NCBI GenBank assembly: GCA_964016885.1 | Contig: OZ024760.1 | Coordinates: forward strand, 13,950,001-14,014,000 | DNA length: 64,000 nt | Reading direction: 5' to 3' | From: Eledone cirrhosa | Taxonomy: Eukaryota | Shown here: piece by piece, positions 47,011-57,799 of the stretch | Layout of the letters: each line of letters opens with the position of its first letter | Numbering within the stretch: position 1 is the stretch's first letter | The notes under the pieces: generated by a model | Told to the model about the DNA's origin: nothing | Seen by the model: the letters and a program-made list of their open reading frames with translations, nothing else | Database searches by the model: none | Program-made: the position numbers and the translations under genes

Positions 47011-47330
47011 TATATATATATATACCATATGATACGTTCTACCTTGCAATCCACAATGACAAGAAACCTTGTAAATACAATGTCGATCATATCACACCAT
47101 CTCCACCACCACACCACACATCGTCATGTGCATACCATACACGCCTACATCCTCATCCCCCCATGTTCCCTCTATCTACCCTAACTTGCAACCCCACGTT
47201 AAATTCGATCCTGTAACTGTACTGTCGCACGCACACACGACCACCGCCACCACTAAATACATCCACATACTTCAACAATCATCATCAACACATATCACTC
47301 GATCCCAAATCGACTGTATTATATACCCCC

Positions 47331-47521
47331 CAGGGTGGGGGGTTGGCAGTCTCGGTACAGGGTCGGACGCCATGCTTTCAAACATAGTTACGTCCCTTTA
47401 CGATCTGAGTTCAAATCCCGCCTAGGTTGACTTTGCCTTTCATCCTTACGGGGGTCGATAAAATAAAGTACCAGTAATACACTGGCTATTTGCTGGCCTT
47501 GTGCCTAAAGTAGAAACAATT
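47331..47521 (+). mobile_element. monomeric SINE, unexpanded counterpart of 2406-5854
   Basis: agggtgggggttggcagtctcggtacagggtcggacgccatgc...gatctgagttcaaatcccgcc...aagtaccag. Confidence 0.85.
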
Positions 47522-48126
47522 ATATACCCCCACCCCCCGTATGCCTACCATATAACACACCGTAACCTCTGATCATGTAATCATCTTGCCGAACATATCA
47601 CCCCAGCACCACCACCATCACCATGTCCACAACACACATGGCCGTACGTCCATAAACGCTTTTCCCCCCGCGTTCCCTATCTCACCTCTTAACCGGTATT
47701 CGATCCGGTATATATATTTTTGTCCCTCACAACTCCATCCACCACCACCACCACAAAACACAACTCCATACTTCACCAACACCGACAAAACATACCTCCA
47801 ACCAACAATAGTGTGTGTATCTGTGTGCAAGTATTTTACTCATACGGGCGTTTTAAGTGTGCGTGCGTGTACGCAAATTTATCTGTATGTGTGTGTGTGT
47901 GTGTGTATGTGAACACATGTATATACATATGTCTATGTGTGTGTATATATATATATATCTGTATATATATATATGTGTATGCATATGTGTATGTGTGTGT
48001 ATATATGTATGTGTGTGTATGTGTACGTCTACATATATGTATATGGGTAAATCTGACTATGTGTAGGTGAGCTCATATATGTGCATGTATGTATATATGT
48101 GCGTGTATGTGTGTGTTGTCGGTACA

Positions 48127-48213
<87 letters not shown>

Positions 48214-49367
48214 GTGTGTGAGTATACGTGTGTGGGAGTGTGTATGTGTATATCTTGCATACATGAGTGTGAGTCCTTCCCCCCATCTCTGTCGTTCGCC
48301 ACCCCCACCGATACTCCACCACTCTCCATATTCGTGTCCGCATGCGCGCATGCACATACATGTGTGTACATATACATATGGCTGTGTGTGAGCGTATGCC
48401 GATATGTGTGGGCAAGGATGTGCGTATGTGTCTTATGTTGTGTGTGTTTATACAACAATATATGTGCACATATATACATATATGTGTGTACGTATACGTA
48501 TATACAAGATATCTGTCAGACGAAGAGCGTCTATGTATCTATGTAAGGTCCTGACGCCACCAATACATCCACCACACCACCAAAAACGCCGCTACCATAG
48601 ACAAAGGCGCCACTACCACACGCCAGCCCGTCTACAGACAGTTCACTAACCTCACACCACAACCCATCCCACTAAATAACCTTAACCACCACCATATCTT
48701 CACATCCACACCAACATACTCGACACGCCAAGGCCAACCCACCACCACCACCACACCACAGCCCACCTCATCCACAGACCGTCACCAACATCTCACCATC
48801 ACACCCACCCCCCGTATACACTACAGGCCAGTACATCGCCTTGATCCTTCTCACCAATCAAAACATCTCATTTTGTCAAACTCTTGAAACTCTGACTTTA
48901 CCACATAGCATGTATTTCATTTTCTTATAGCATTTTAAGAGGGTCCGTCGAGCTGCCGATTATTGAGTCGGGTAGGATCGATATAGATCGAACCTTGAGC
49001 TGATCAGTGGCGAAACGCGCGTCAAATATCAATAAATGCAATGAAGGAATAATCAACACTACAACTACCATCATGAAAATTGCCAATGGTGTCAGAAAAT
49101 ATATATATCTCTGTATTGAGTATGAGGGGTGGGGGAGATTACGGCTGTCATCTCATTTTCTTTCATCAAGGCTAAGTCATGTCGGGTTTGAAAACGTAGT
49201 TCAAATGATGGCGGTGGTAGCGAGTGTTGTTGGTGTGGTGGTTTGGTGGCGGTGTGGTGTCGTAGTGGTGGCGTAGTGGTGGTGAAATATAAACCACGTG
49301 GAGTGGAACAAATATAATGAAATAAATAAATATATATATATACAAATACATACATACATACACACAT

Positions 49368-49398
<31 letters not shown>

Positions 49399-49514
49399 TA
49401 CATACACACATACACACATACATGTAGGTGATCTCTTTCTCTTAATTTCGAATATATTTTTTGACCGGTCACCTTCCTGGTGGCAAGGTTGTAAAAGAAA
49501 AGAAATTGTCATCC

Positions 49515-50625
49515 CTTGAATCGCAAGAATGTTTTGCAAATTTTGAAGGTGCCAACTATCGCAGCCACTTGTAGACTGAATTAGGGAGCTGCGCTCTTTG
49601 TCAGCAAATCCAAGTTCAGTCATACTTTGGTCCAAGCGGGTTGGTATATAACCCGTAGCTCCAATAATGATGGGTATGAAGCTAAAGGTGTATTTTGGAT
49701 ACTGGATTTGTAAACTCCTCATCAATGGTCCGTAGATGTCCTCCTCCTCCTGTATTTTTCTGACAACGTTTACATCAAGTGGGCAGCTGATCTCCACAAC
49801 ACAACACGTTTTCAATGGGTGGTCCCAAACAACAATATCAGGCCGGTTGTGCTTTAATTTGGTGGCAGTTTTTATTTTCAGGTTCCACCAGTATTCCTTA
49901 GTGCCATCTGTCTCGATATATTCTTCCTCGTTTGTTGTTAATTTTGTTTTCCAAAGTGCGTTCCAGATGGTTCTAGCTATACCATCGTGTCTCATGGGGA
50001 GGTAGTAGCGAGATGACATTCTTTCGCAGCTGGCAACAATGTCGCTTACATCTTCAATCTTTGTTTTACATAAGCCTACGTTTATTGTCAGCTGATGTCC
50101 CTCCTCTTTTGTGCAGCAGATATTTGGTAGGGAGTTCTTGTTACTGTATTGCATAGAGATATCCCTCAAGGTGTCATGTCATAAACTTGTCGGAACTCCA
50201 TGCCAGGCTTTTTGAGTGGTTTATCACCTCTATGGTCTGTGTTTTACGTCTCAAGTATACGTGCACAACTTTTTCTGTAAATTGGTCAATTTTTTCATCT
50301 TCTTTGAACAGTGAATAGGATCTTCCGATTTCTCTGGGTGAGAGATTTATATCAGGCTTTATTCCATATCTCTCCTCCAGATCAGTGGCTATCCTAATGA
50401 TATTTTTTTTTTCATGCTCATAAACCTGGGCCATAAAACTTTTCCTCTGTTGAAGATGTTGCTTCAGTGTTACTATCCGGGTGTCATATGATGTTAATAT
50501 GGATTTTAGACCCCGGCCACCTTCCTTGCATGACAAGTACAGCCTATCCACATCACCAAAGTTCCCAGTAACACTGACAAGTTTTCGAGTTCTAACATCT
50601 ATCTCTCTTAAGTATGTGATATTTA
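49515..50625 (-). mobile_element. decayed Dong/R4-like LINE, C-terminal zinc knuckle and RLE
   Basis: DRLYLSCKEGGRGLKSI; LCKTKIEDVSDIVASC..YYLPMRHDGIAR; HNRPDIVVWD..VVEISCPLD; FIPIIIGATG. Confidence 0.88.
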
Positions 50626-52275
50626 CATCTCAAATGATATATATATACAGGGTGTTTCCAAAAATGTGTAAAGTTTATTCCGAGTTCAATCACAGCTAAC
50701 AACAGTAAGTAAGGTACTCAATTCATAACAGAGTATACATATTTAATATAGTAATGACTTCTACATGACTATAACTGTTTCATTCAGGAGAATTATATAC
50801 GTGCGTGCGTGTGTTTTAATGACCATATACATACACCCCTCCCCTCAAACAGTCCTTCACAATGTCTGGTTCAGGTTTCTCATCATTGTCAAGTCACACG
50901 TTAGCACGTTTTGTATTGAGAAGTGTCCATCCAATTCACAGTACTTGGATCCGATACTGTGCTGCCGCTGTGAAAGGGGTTTCGAGCGGCCAACTGGACT
51001 GTCACTTCTCATAACAGTGCAATCTAGTCCCAGGCTGCCACGGTCGTCTTTCGTATTGAGAAGTATCCATCGCGGGGAGAGGGCCCGGCTCCGAAATTGG
51101 GGTGCCGCTGTGAGAAGGATTCGGTGCGGCAAACTGGCCTCTTCCTCCTCATAATGATATCACTGGTCACTTCGCATAGTTGTGCCATCCAACGCCATGC
51201 TCCAAAACTGGCTGTCGCTACATTGTCAGCTGTAAAATACTCAGCCGAAAAGAGTGTTTGGGACATAAAGGTTTTTAGATAAATATAAACACTTAGAGCG
51301 TGATTCTCGGGGAGATTCAGCATCAAACATTCATCTATATATACCACAGACAAATTATATATATAATATACAGTTCTACTCCTGCAGAAGACATTTCTAG
51401 ATTCAATATTTATACTCTGCTATGTATTGAGTACCTTACTGTGGTTACCCCAGATTGAACCTGGGACCAACTCACACACACATTTTTATATATACACCTA
51501 CCCATACACATGCACTCAGTTTGACATACGCACAGATACATTCTGATATAATGGCTGCGGTTAAAGATCGGAAGTAGGGTGTATGTCAGAAATTAGATTC
51601 TTTTATTGTTAACAAAGAACAAAGAACATGGCGGTAAATGTTGACTGACTCCAAAAGATAAAAAATAAATATTCGTTAATTTTTTTAAAATTATATTTCA
51701 GCTTTTCTTTGTAAATATTCATTTCCTCTCAATAATCTATATGACATATCATCACTGTTAGATACACATGTGTATTATCGGAATCAAAGAAACAACAACA
51801 CGCGTAATTGTCTGTATCTCTATAACTGTGTCTTTCTATCTAACCCCCGCCCCCTCCTCTCTCTATATATACATATATCTTTCTATCAGTATGTCTATCT
51901 TTCACCAATTCTATTTCCTTCACTTTGACTACGTAGCCCAACTGGTGGCGACAGTGTTGGTGTAGTGGTGTGTTGGTGGTGTGTGTTGGTGTGGTGGCGT
52001 GGTGGTGTAGTGGTGTGGTGGTGTTGTGGTGATGAAATATCAACCACGTGGAACACAAAATAGAATGAATACTACTACTAATACTACAAACAACAATAAT
52101 AATTGTTTCTGCTTTGGGCAAAATGCAAACATTTTGAGAGGACGCTCTACCGATTACTGCAGGCACGTTACCCATCTAATAATAATATACTGTACATAAA
52201 AATCACAACACCATACATAATGACTGCGCCCTCGTTATCGAGTATGGCCATTGCGAGATATAACATTATTGATAA

Positions 52276-53440
52276 CTAGCAGTTTAGCCCGGCGTTACTC
52301 GGGTTTGTTCATTTGCTATAAAAAGTTACATACAGGTAAACGTAGCTTGAAAGCGCATAATCTTATCAATTAAGTGCATAAAGCAGTTGAACCGGTTATT
52401 AATAGTTACGAACCAATTAGCATTTTGGACAATCAATGATGGCTTAATAATCTTCCAATAGCGAATTTAGTAGAACAAAGTTGCAAGATGGTGTCCCTGA
52501 TGCCGCTGCGTGTCAGATCTGTCCGCTATGGGTGACCCAACCAGTTTTCCAGACGGCATAACTCAAACATCTATAGCACTTCATAGTAGACGATATTGCG
52601 TGTCATCTCTTGAGGAGTGTAAGCAAAAAGTCCATTCCTGCTCCATACGCGGAAACTGGCAACAAAGTTGGCCATGGGAGAAGCATGGCTCCCCCAAATG
52701 GATGACCGCCACCAACAATGTTTGCCCTTGTGACTTGTTAATGGACTTGGAAAAAAAAAAAAAAATGGTCTCACCGGGAATTGGGATCGCCGGAAATCGA
52801 ACGGGATATCTGACGCCGAGGGGCAAAGGTTCATCCTTGGAATGAAAACATTCTCCCCTCTCCAGCACCCCGTTACAATGGTGGCCTCAATCAAGTGCAG
52901 CGTCAGTGACTTGACGACCATGCGAGTACCGTTGCACTGCTTTGGTGGACGCAAGTTCCTTATTAGCATAATGGGACAGCCAACCTTAAGCTTAAGAATA
53001 AGAGGTGGGAGCCCTGGGGAATTTAATAACTCAACCGGATAATTAACGATATCGTCGGGGTCTGACGCCAGGTCGATAGATTTGAAGATGTCTTCTTTAC
53101 CGGGAATCTTCTCAATCAGCTGCTCGTTAATAAAATTAACCGTGGTATTTTTCCGAGCAAGGATGGCTCTTTCGCTGAGCTAATCGAGGTTTTTAAAGTT
53201 AGATGAGACATTAGAAAAAACTGCTTCCAAAAGGTCAGAAGGGCTGCTCACAATGTTGCACAGGGAGTCGATTGCTATTCCGCCTTTGTCATCCGCAGGG
53301 ACCTTGCCCTCACAAAGTGCTAAAATATTCTGACCAAATGCTGCAGACATGTCACCATGCAAATGAGCACGCATATTTGTGCTCAAGTACAAACTCTTCA
53401 CCTGGAGCCACAACATGGACGACTTAAGGCAGGCAGGCAC
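52276..53440 (-). mobile_element. Helitron remnant: PIF1-like helicase C-terminus and 3' end
   Basis: LKSSMLW..LSTNMR; MLIRNL...CNGTRMVV..LIEATI..G..VFIPRM..QFPVR; SINKSQGQTL; FSHGQL. Terminal cccgagtaacgccggg hairpin and CTAG at 52276. Confidence 0.9.
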
Positions 53441-53444
53441 GCAC

Positions 53445-54340
53445 TTCTGCTCTTGTCAAGGTGAACGGCTACCTCTCGGAGCCGTTCGAAATCGCGCGGT
53501 CCATCCGACAAGGGTGCCCTCTCTCCTCCCTTCTGTATGTAATGACTAGAGCCACTGCTGCAGAAGTTGGAGTTGTTAATGCCGTCGTCGGGCGGAGGTG
53601 GCGAACACATCTACTACCGCCTGACCGTCGTGCCTTGCCCAAGGGAAACGCTCTCCAAAATGGAGCGCACACTCTTCCAATTCCTTTGGAAGAAGCGGGC
53701 TCCTATGGTGAGGAGATCCATCTGCTGTCAACACCCTTCGAAAGGAGGGCTGAGATGCCGTGGCTGGTGATGCGTAAACACGCATTAAGGCTACGGCACC
53801 TCCAGGTATTCATCACCGGTCAACCGGTGTGGGCCCCGTTTGTGAGGCGAGCCTTTCCCAGACTCGTCTCGCTCACCGAGCTGCAATCCTGGGTCAAGCA
53901 AAGACCGAGAAAATTGGGCGCCTGGCACACCGAGTGTGCCCAGGCGCTCACGGCTCTCTGGCAGGCGGACCCGGCTGTCAGTGGAGAATCCAACTCGTCA
54001 TTCTATAGAGGGCTGGTGGTTAGCAGGTGCGGCAACACCCTCGGAGAAGCCCTAGGCATGGAGGAAAACGAACTGGCCAACCTGTTCGGTAGGACATTCA
54101 GCCCGGGACCTATGGATAACTTCCAGAGGTCCCTGGCCTGGCAGTGCCACCGAGGGGCTCTGCCCGTTCGAGAAAGGCTCTACAGACACGGGCGCCCTGG
54201 TAGAGACCCCTCGAAAAAGATCTGTCCCAGATGCGGGTGCGACGAGGAAACAGTTGCACACGCATTGTACAGTGCTCGCGCATTGCCTATCTGTGGGGCT
54301 ATGTCGAACGACTGCTGTCACGGGTGGGACCGATCCGTTT
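53445..54340 (+). mobile_element. L1/Tx1-like LINE fragment (RT and C-terminal zinc-binding region)
   Basis: VNGYLSEPFEIARSIRQGCPLS.LLYV; frameshifted FQFLWKK..VRRSICCQHPSKGGL; CPRCGCDEETVAHAL. Confidence 0.85.
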
Positions 54341-54356
54341 GACCACCGGGTTCAGC

Positions 54357-54733
54357 TTCGCTAAGGTGAAAAGAATACTAACTAGAGACAATAGGGTTTG
54401 CCAGACTCAATTTAAGAATAAATCAAGAAAAGAAATACAAACCGGAATTGTGGTAAGTACCAATCACCCAGACACCTTTGGTAATGCTGTTTCGCAAAAT
54501 TAATTGTGAAGAGGAATACCAATTCTTGCTCATCAGTGGATGAAGAATTATTATCATGGACATTTCTAAGTATATTAAAAAACTGAATAGTGTGCGTATA
54601 TATAACGCACATGGTATCTGAACTTAGCGTGTCTCACAAACTCCCACCACTAAAGATAGCAGCCAAGTTTGTATTTATTTTATTGATTTATTCTTAAATT
54701 GTCTATAGTTAGTATTATTTTCACCTTAGCGAA
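54357..54733. mobile_element. Penelope-like remnant with inverted termini enclosing a hammerhead
   Basis: ttcgctaaggtgaaaagaatactaacta...aagaataaatcaa..aaatacaaac (54357-54442) is inverted at 54667-54733. Confidence 0.65.
54465..54542 (-). ncRNA. type I hammerhead ribozyme, intact core
   Basis: catcca CTGATGA gcaagaattg..caattaattttgc GAAA ca..tg TC tgggtg. Stem I catcca/tgggtg, stem II gcaag/tttgc, short stem III, GUC triplet. Confidence 0.8.
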
Positions 54734-56259
54734 TCTCATGCCTTACTATTTGAACACATGTATATATCTGTGTTCGTTTTTCTTTTATATTCAATTATGA
54801 TATATGTATATATATATATATTTATTAAAATAACAGATTAAAGTTTAAGCAAAGAATCGTTGCTTTCACCCTTAACGGGATCTTCTGAAACTCACATACA
54901 TACATACATACATACATACATACATACGTATATATATATATATATATGCATATCTGCGCATGCGCGTATGTGTGTGAATGTGGCGAAGATTAACGTCATT
55001 GCTGACGTCATGGATCATAATGTCGTTATGCAGACAGCCAGACATACAAACATATTATAAGGGCACGATGGAGATCGATAACTGGTGCCTAACACCTCTT
55101 TAAAAACAGAAAATTGAAAAATAAAAGCTGCAGTTAATATCTTTAGACCACAAGGAATATATAAATGCAAGTTTGAAGCCAATCAGAGTAGAAATGTGGA
55201 TTTGTATAGACTTTGCAAAAATGAGGAGACACACACAGTTTTATATATATAGATGATATGAGTGTGCGGCGTTGTATCTATATCTTTCTAATTATGTCAC
55301 TGAAAACATTGCCTTTCTTTTCATATTTTAGAAATGACACACTGTTCAATTATATGACCTTATAGAAGTGTCTAGAAGAGAGAGAGAGAGAGATTAAGTA
55401 TACCTTATGGTTTGGCACCACTGGGTCGGGCCTCTTTTCGTGACAGGGTCTCCTTAGTTCCAGGGAAGTATTTCTCAAAACCACCTGGTACATTGCTGTT
55501 GCGTAGCAGAGCCCAGCCCTTCATTAGGGACAACAACGGCCGTGGTGAAGCAGTTACATATTTAGAGGTAACGTAGGAATGACGATATATCTGAAATAGA
55601 GATTTTAGGGGTTATAAAGAGCCAGGGTTAAAGGTGGGGTAGATATGATATATCTGAATATATAGAATGGTGGTGTTGGTGATGTAGTGTGATGGTGGTA
55701 GTGTAGTATGGCAGTGTTATAGTGCCTGGTAGTGCTGTAGTGTGTGGTAGTGTTCTAATGTAGGTTCAGTATGTGATGGTGGGGCTTCAATGGTTAGTGT
55801 GCTGCACTCATAAACATAACATCAAACCCTAGGTCTGGCAGCACATTGTATTAATAAGCCAGTTGCTTCATTTCAAGTTTTTCGGGATAGAACTGGAGTC
55901 TATCATTACAACAACCGGGAAACCTCCTATGTGAGGACACCCTTGTCCATCTACCTATCTATATACATAGATCCACACACATAAATGTTTATGGATCTGT
56001 ATTTTTGTGTATGAAAAAAATGGAAAAAATTAAAATCTCAAGTTAGGCTACTCTATAATTTAACTATTTGGTTCTCTTTGTTGGGTGTGGGTGTGTTTTA
56101 TTTAGAAAGTTCAGACAGACAGCCATACAGATACATGATATGAGGGCGACGCGTCGTATCAATGTATCTAATTATTTGTCACTTCAAAGCTTGCTTTTCT
56201 TTTAACATTAAGTGTATGCGAGAGAGAGAAAGAAAGAAAGAGAAAGAGAGAAAGCATAC

Positions 56260-56580
56260 CTTTTGGTTTGGCACCACTGGGTCGGGCCTCTTTTCGGGGT
56301 GGGGGTCTTCTTAGTTCCAGGGAAGTATTTCTCAGTGTCCGAATTGTCCTCACATTCAGAGTGCCCATAAGCCTTGACAACCTTAGTGCTGTTAAATCGA
56401 CTACATGGTTCTTTTATTATTTCACCCATAAATGGGGCCCTAACAGGTAACACTGCTCTGGGCCAGAGCAGACCTGGGAGTTATGACAACTAAGGGGTAA
56501 CTCCACATTCCCCACAGCTCATGAACTCCCGAAATGGAGCCTTGTCACTGGATGTAGTTTAATGTCATACCCAAGACAAT
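56260..56580 (+). mobile_element. SINE-like dispersed repeat (partial copy at 55400-55478)
   Basis: ggtttggcaccactgggtcgggcctcttttcg..cttagttccagggaagtatttctca is duplicated. The 3' part ctctgggccagagcagacctgggag...actggatgtagtttaatgtcatacccaagac resembles a cephalopod SINE tail. Confidence 0.5.
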
Positions 56581-56591
56581 GTGTGTGTGTC

Positions 56592-56625
<34 letters not shown>

Positions 56626-56782
56626 AGATAGATATACACGGGTGTGTATGATTATGTATAGAAGATTATATTAATAAAAGGAATTCCAACTTTGATTTAC
56701 TCGTTTTATTTACAATCCTTTAAAATTTATAATAGTATTAGAATGAAATAGTATGGTAGAATATTAAATGTTAAGTGTTAAT

Positions 56783-56821
56783 TGAACAAGTACTTTCATG
56801 CTTTCGCAATCTTCAGGTTCA
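56783..56821 (-). ncRNA. minimal type I hammerhead (Penelope type)
   Basis: tgaac CTGAAGA t-tgc-gaaa-gca-t GAA A-gtac-T T gttca. Perfect 5-bp stem I, GAAA-capped stem II, palindromic AGUACU in place of stem III. Confidence 0.75.
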
Positions 56822-56995
56822 TAATGTGTGGTGACAGTCAAGTTTGCAATTTTCAACCGTAATGAGATGGGTAAATTTTGCCACTGTGAAAAGTGGCTCC
56901 AGAATGCTAAATCTTGAAAACTGTATTTCGACCAATCGGTGTGTAGTTTCACTGGATTACTAAAGCTGATTGGTTTAGGCGTCACAGTTGGTTGA

Positions 56996-57033
<38 letters not shown>

Positions 57034-57058
57034 GTTTGACAGATTTAACCTGAAGCAT

Positions 57059-57381
57059 ACGGAAAATACAGGATAAAGAGTAAAATGTACAGATCGTTTC
57101 AATAACTATTTCATCTCCCAGACAGATTAGAGATTTAATCTGTTTCGCCCTGAGAATTGTGTTTGTAACAGATAATCCGTAGGCGTCATCAGCGAGAGAT
57201 AAGATAAAATGTGACAAACACCTAAAACTAAAAGCTACACGAATGAATATTTCACCTCGTGCGAGCAAACGGAAAATACAGGATAGAGTAAAATGTACAC
57301 ATCGTTTCAATAACTATTTCATCTCCCGGACAGATTAGAGATTTAATCTGTTTCGCCCTGAGAATTGTGTTTGTAACAGAT
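57059..57381 (-). mobile_element. partial tandem dimer (~208-nt period) carrying hammerheads; candidate retrozyme or Penelope pseudo-LTR
   Basis: 57059-57173 is repeated at 57269-57381, and both copies contain the hammerhead 3' half. Confidence 0.7.
57115..57198 (-). ncRNA. type I hammerhead ribozyme, intact core
   Basis: ctctcg CTGATGA c gcct...gggc GAAA cagatta-aatctc-taatctg TC tgggag. All three stems form; GUC triplet. Confidence 0.85.
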
Positions 57382-57799
57382 CAGGAGACTGACTATTGTG
57401 CGTATATAAATTAACGCACATGGCATAAATACATACATCTAATTATATGTCAGTTAAAACCTTGCCTTTCTTTTCACATTTTACAGACAGCCACAATGCT
57501 GAATTATATGATCTTATGTCAGTGTATGGGAGAGAGAGAGGGGGGGGGGGAGCAAGCCAGGGTTTAGTCCCACATTTAAGATCATAGGTAACATTTATCA
57601 TATAAGAAGCTTCAAGAAAGTCATTAAAATGCCAGTCTCTGAAAATGTGAATATTGTCCTGTGCTACTGTTTCCTTGTGGGAATGATGGGTTTCGGGTTG
57701 GTTTGAAAAGGATTGACAACAACCACACACTCACACCCACTGGTTATCGGTTTCAGGTTAGGCAAGGTGACTAATGTTGTGAAGAGCAGGTGGCTGATG

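Noticed and set aside
56920-56992. Minus-strand CTGTGA-cgccta..accaatcag/ccgattggt-c-GAAA hammerhead-like motif
   Set aside because: The core lacks a base and there is no stem III or stem I; at most a decayed remnant.
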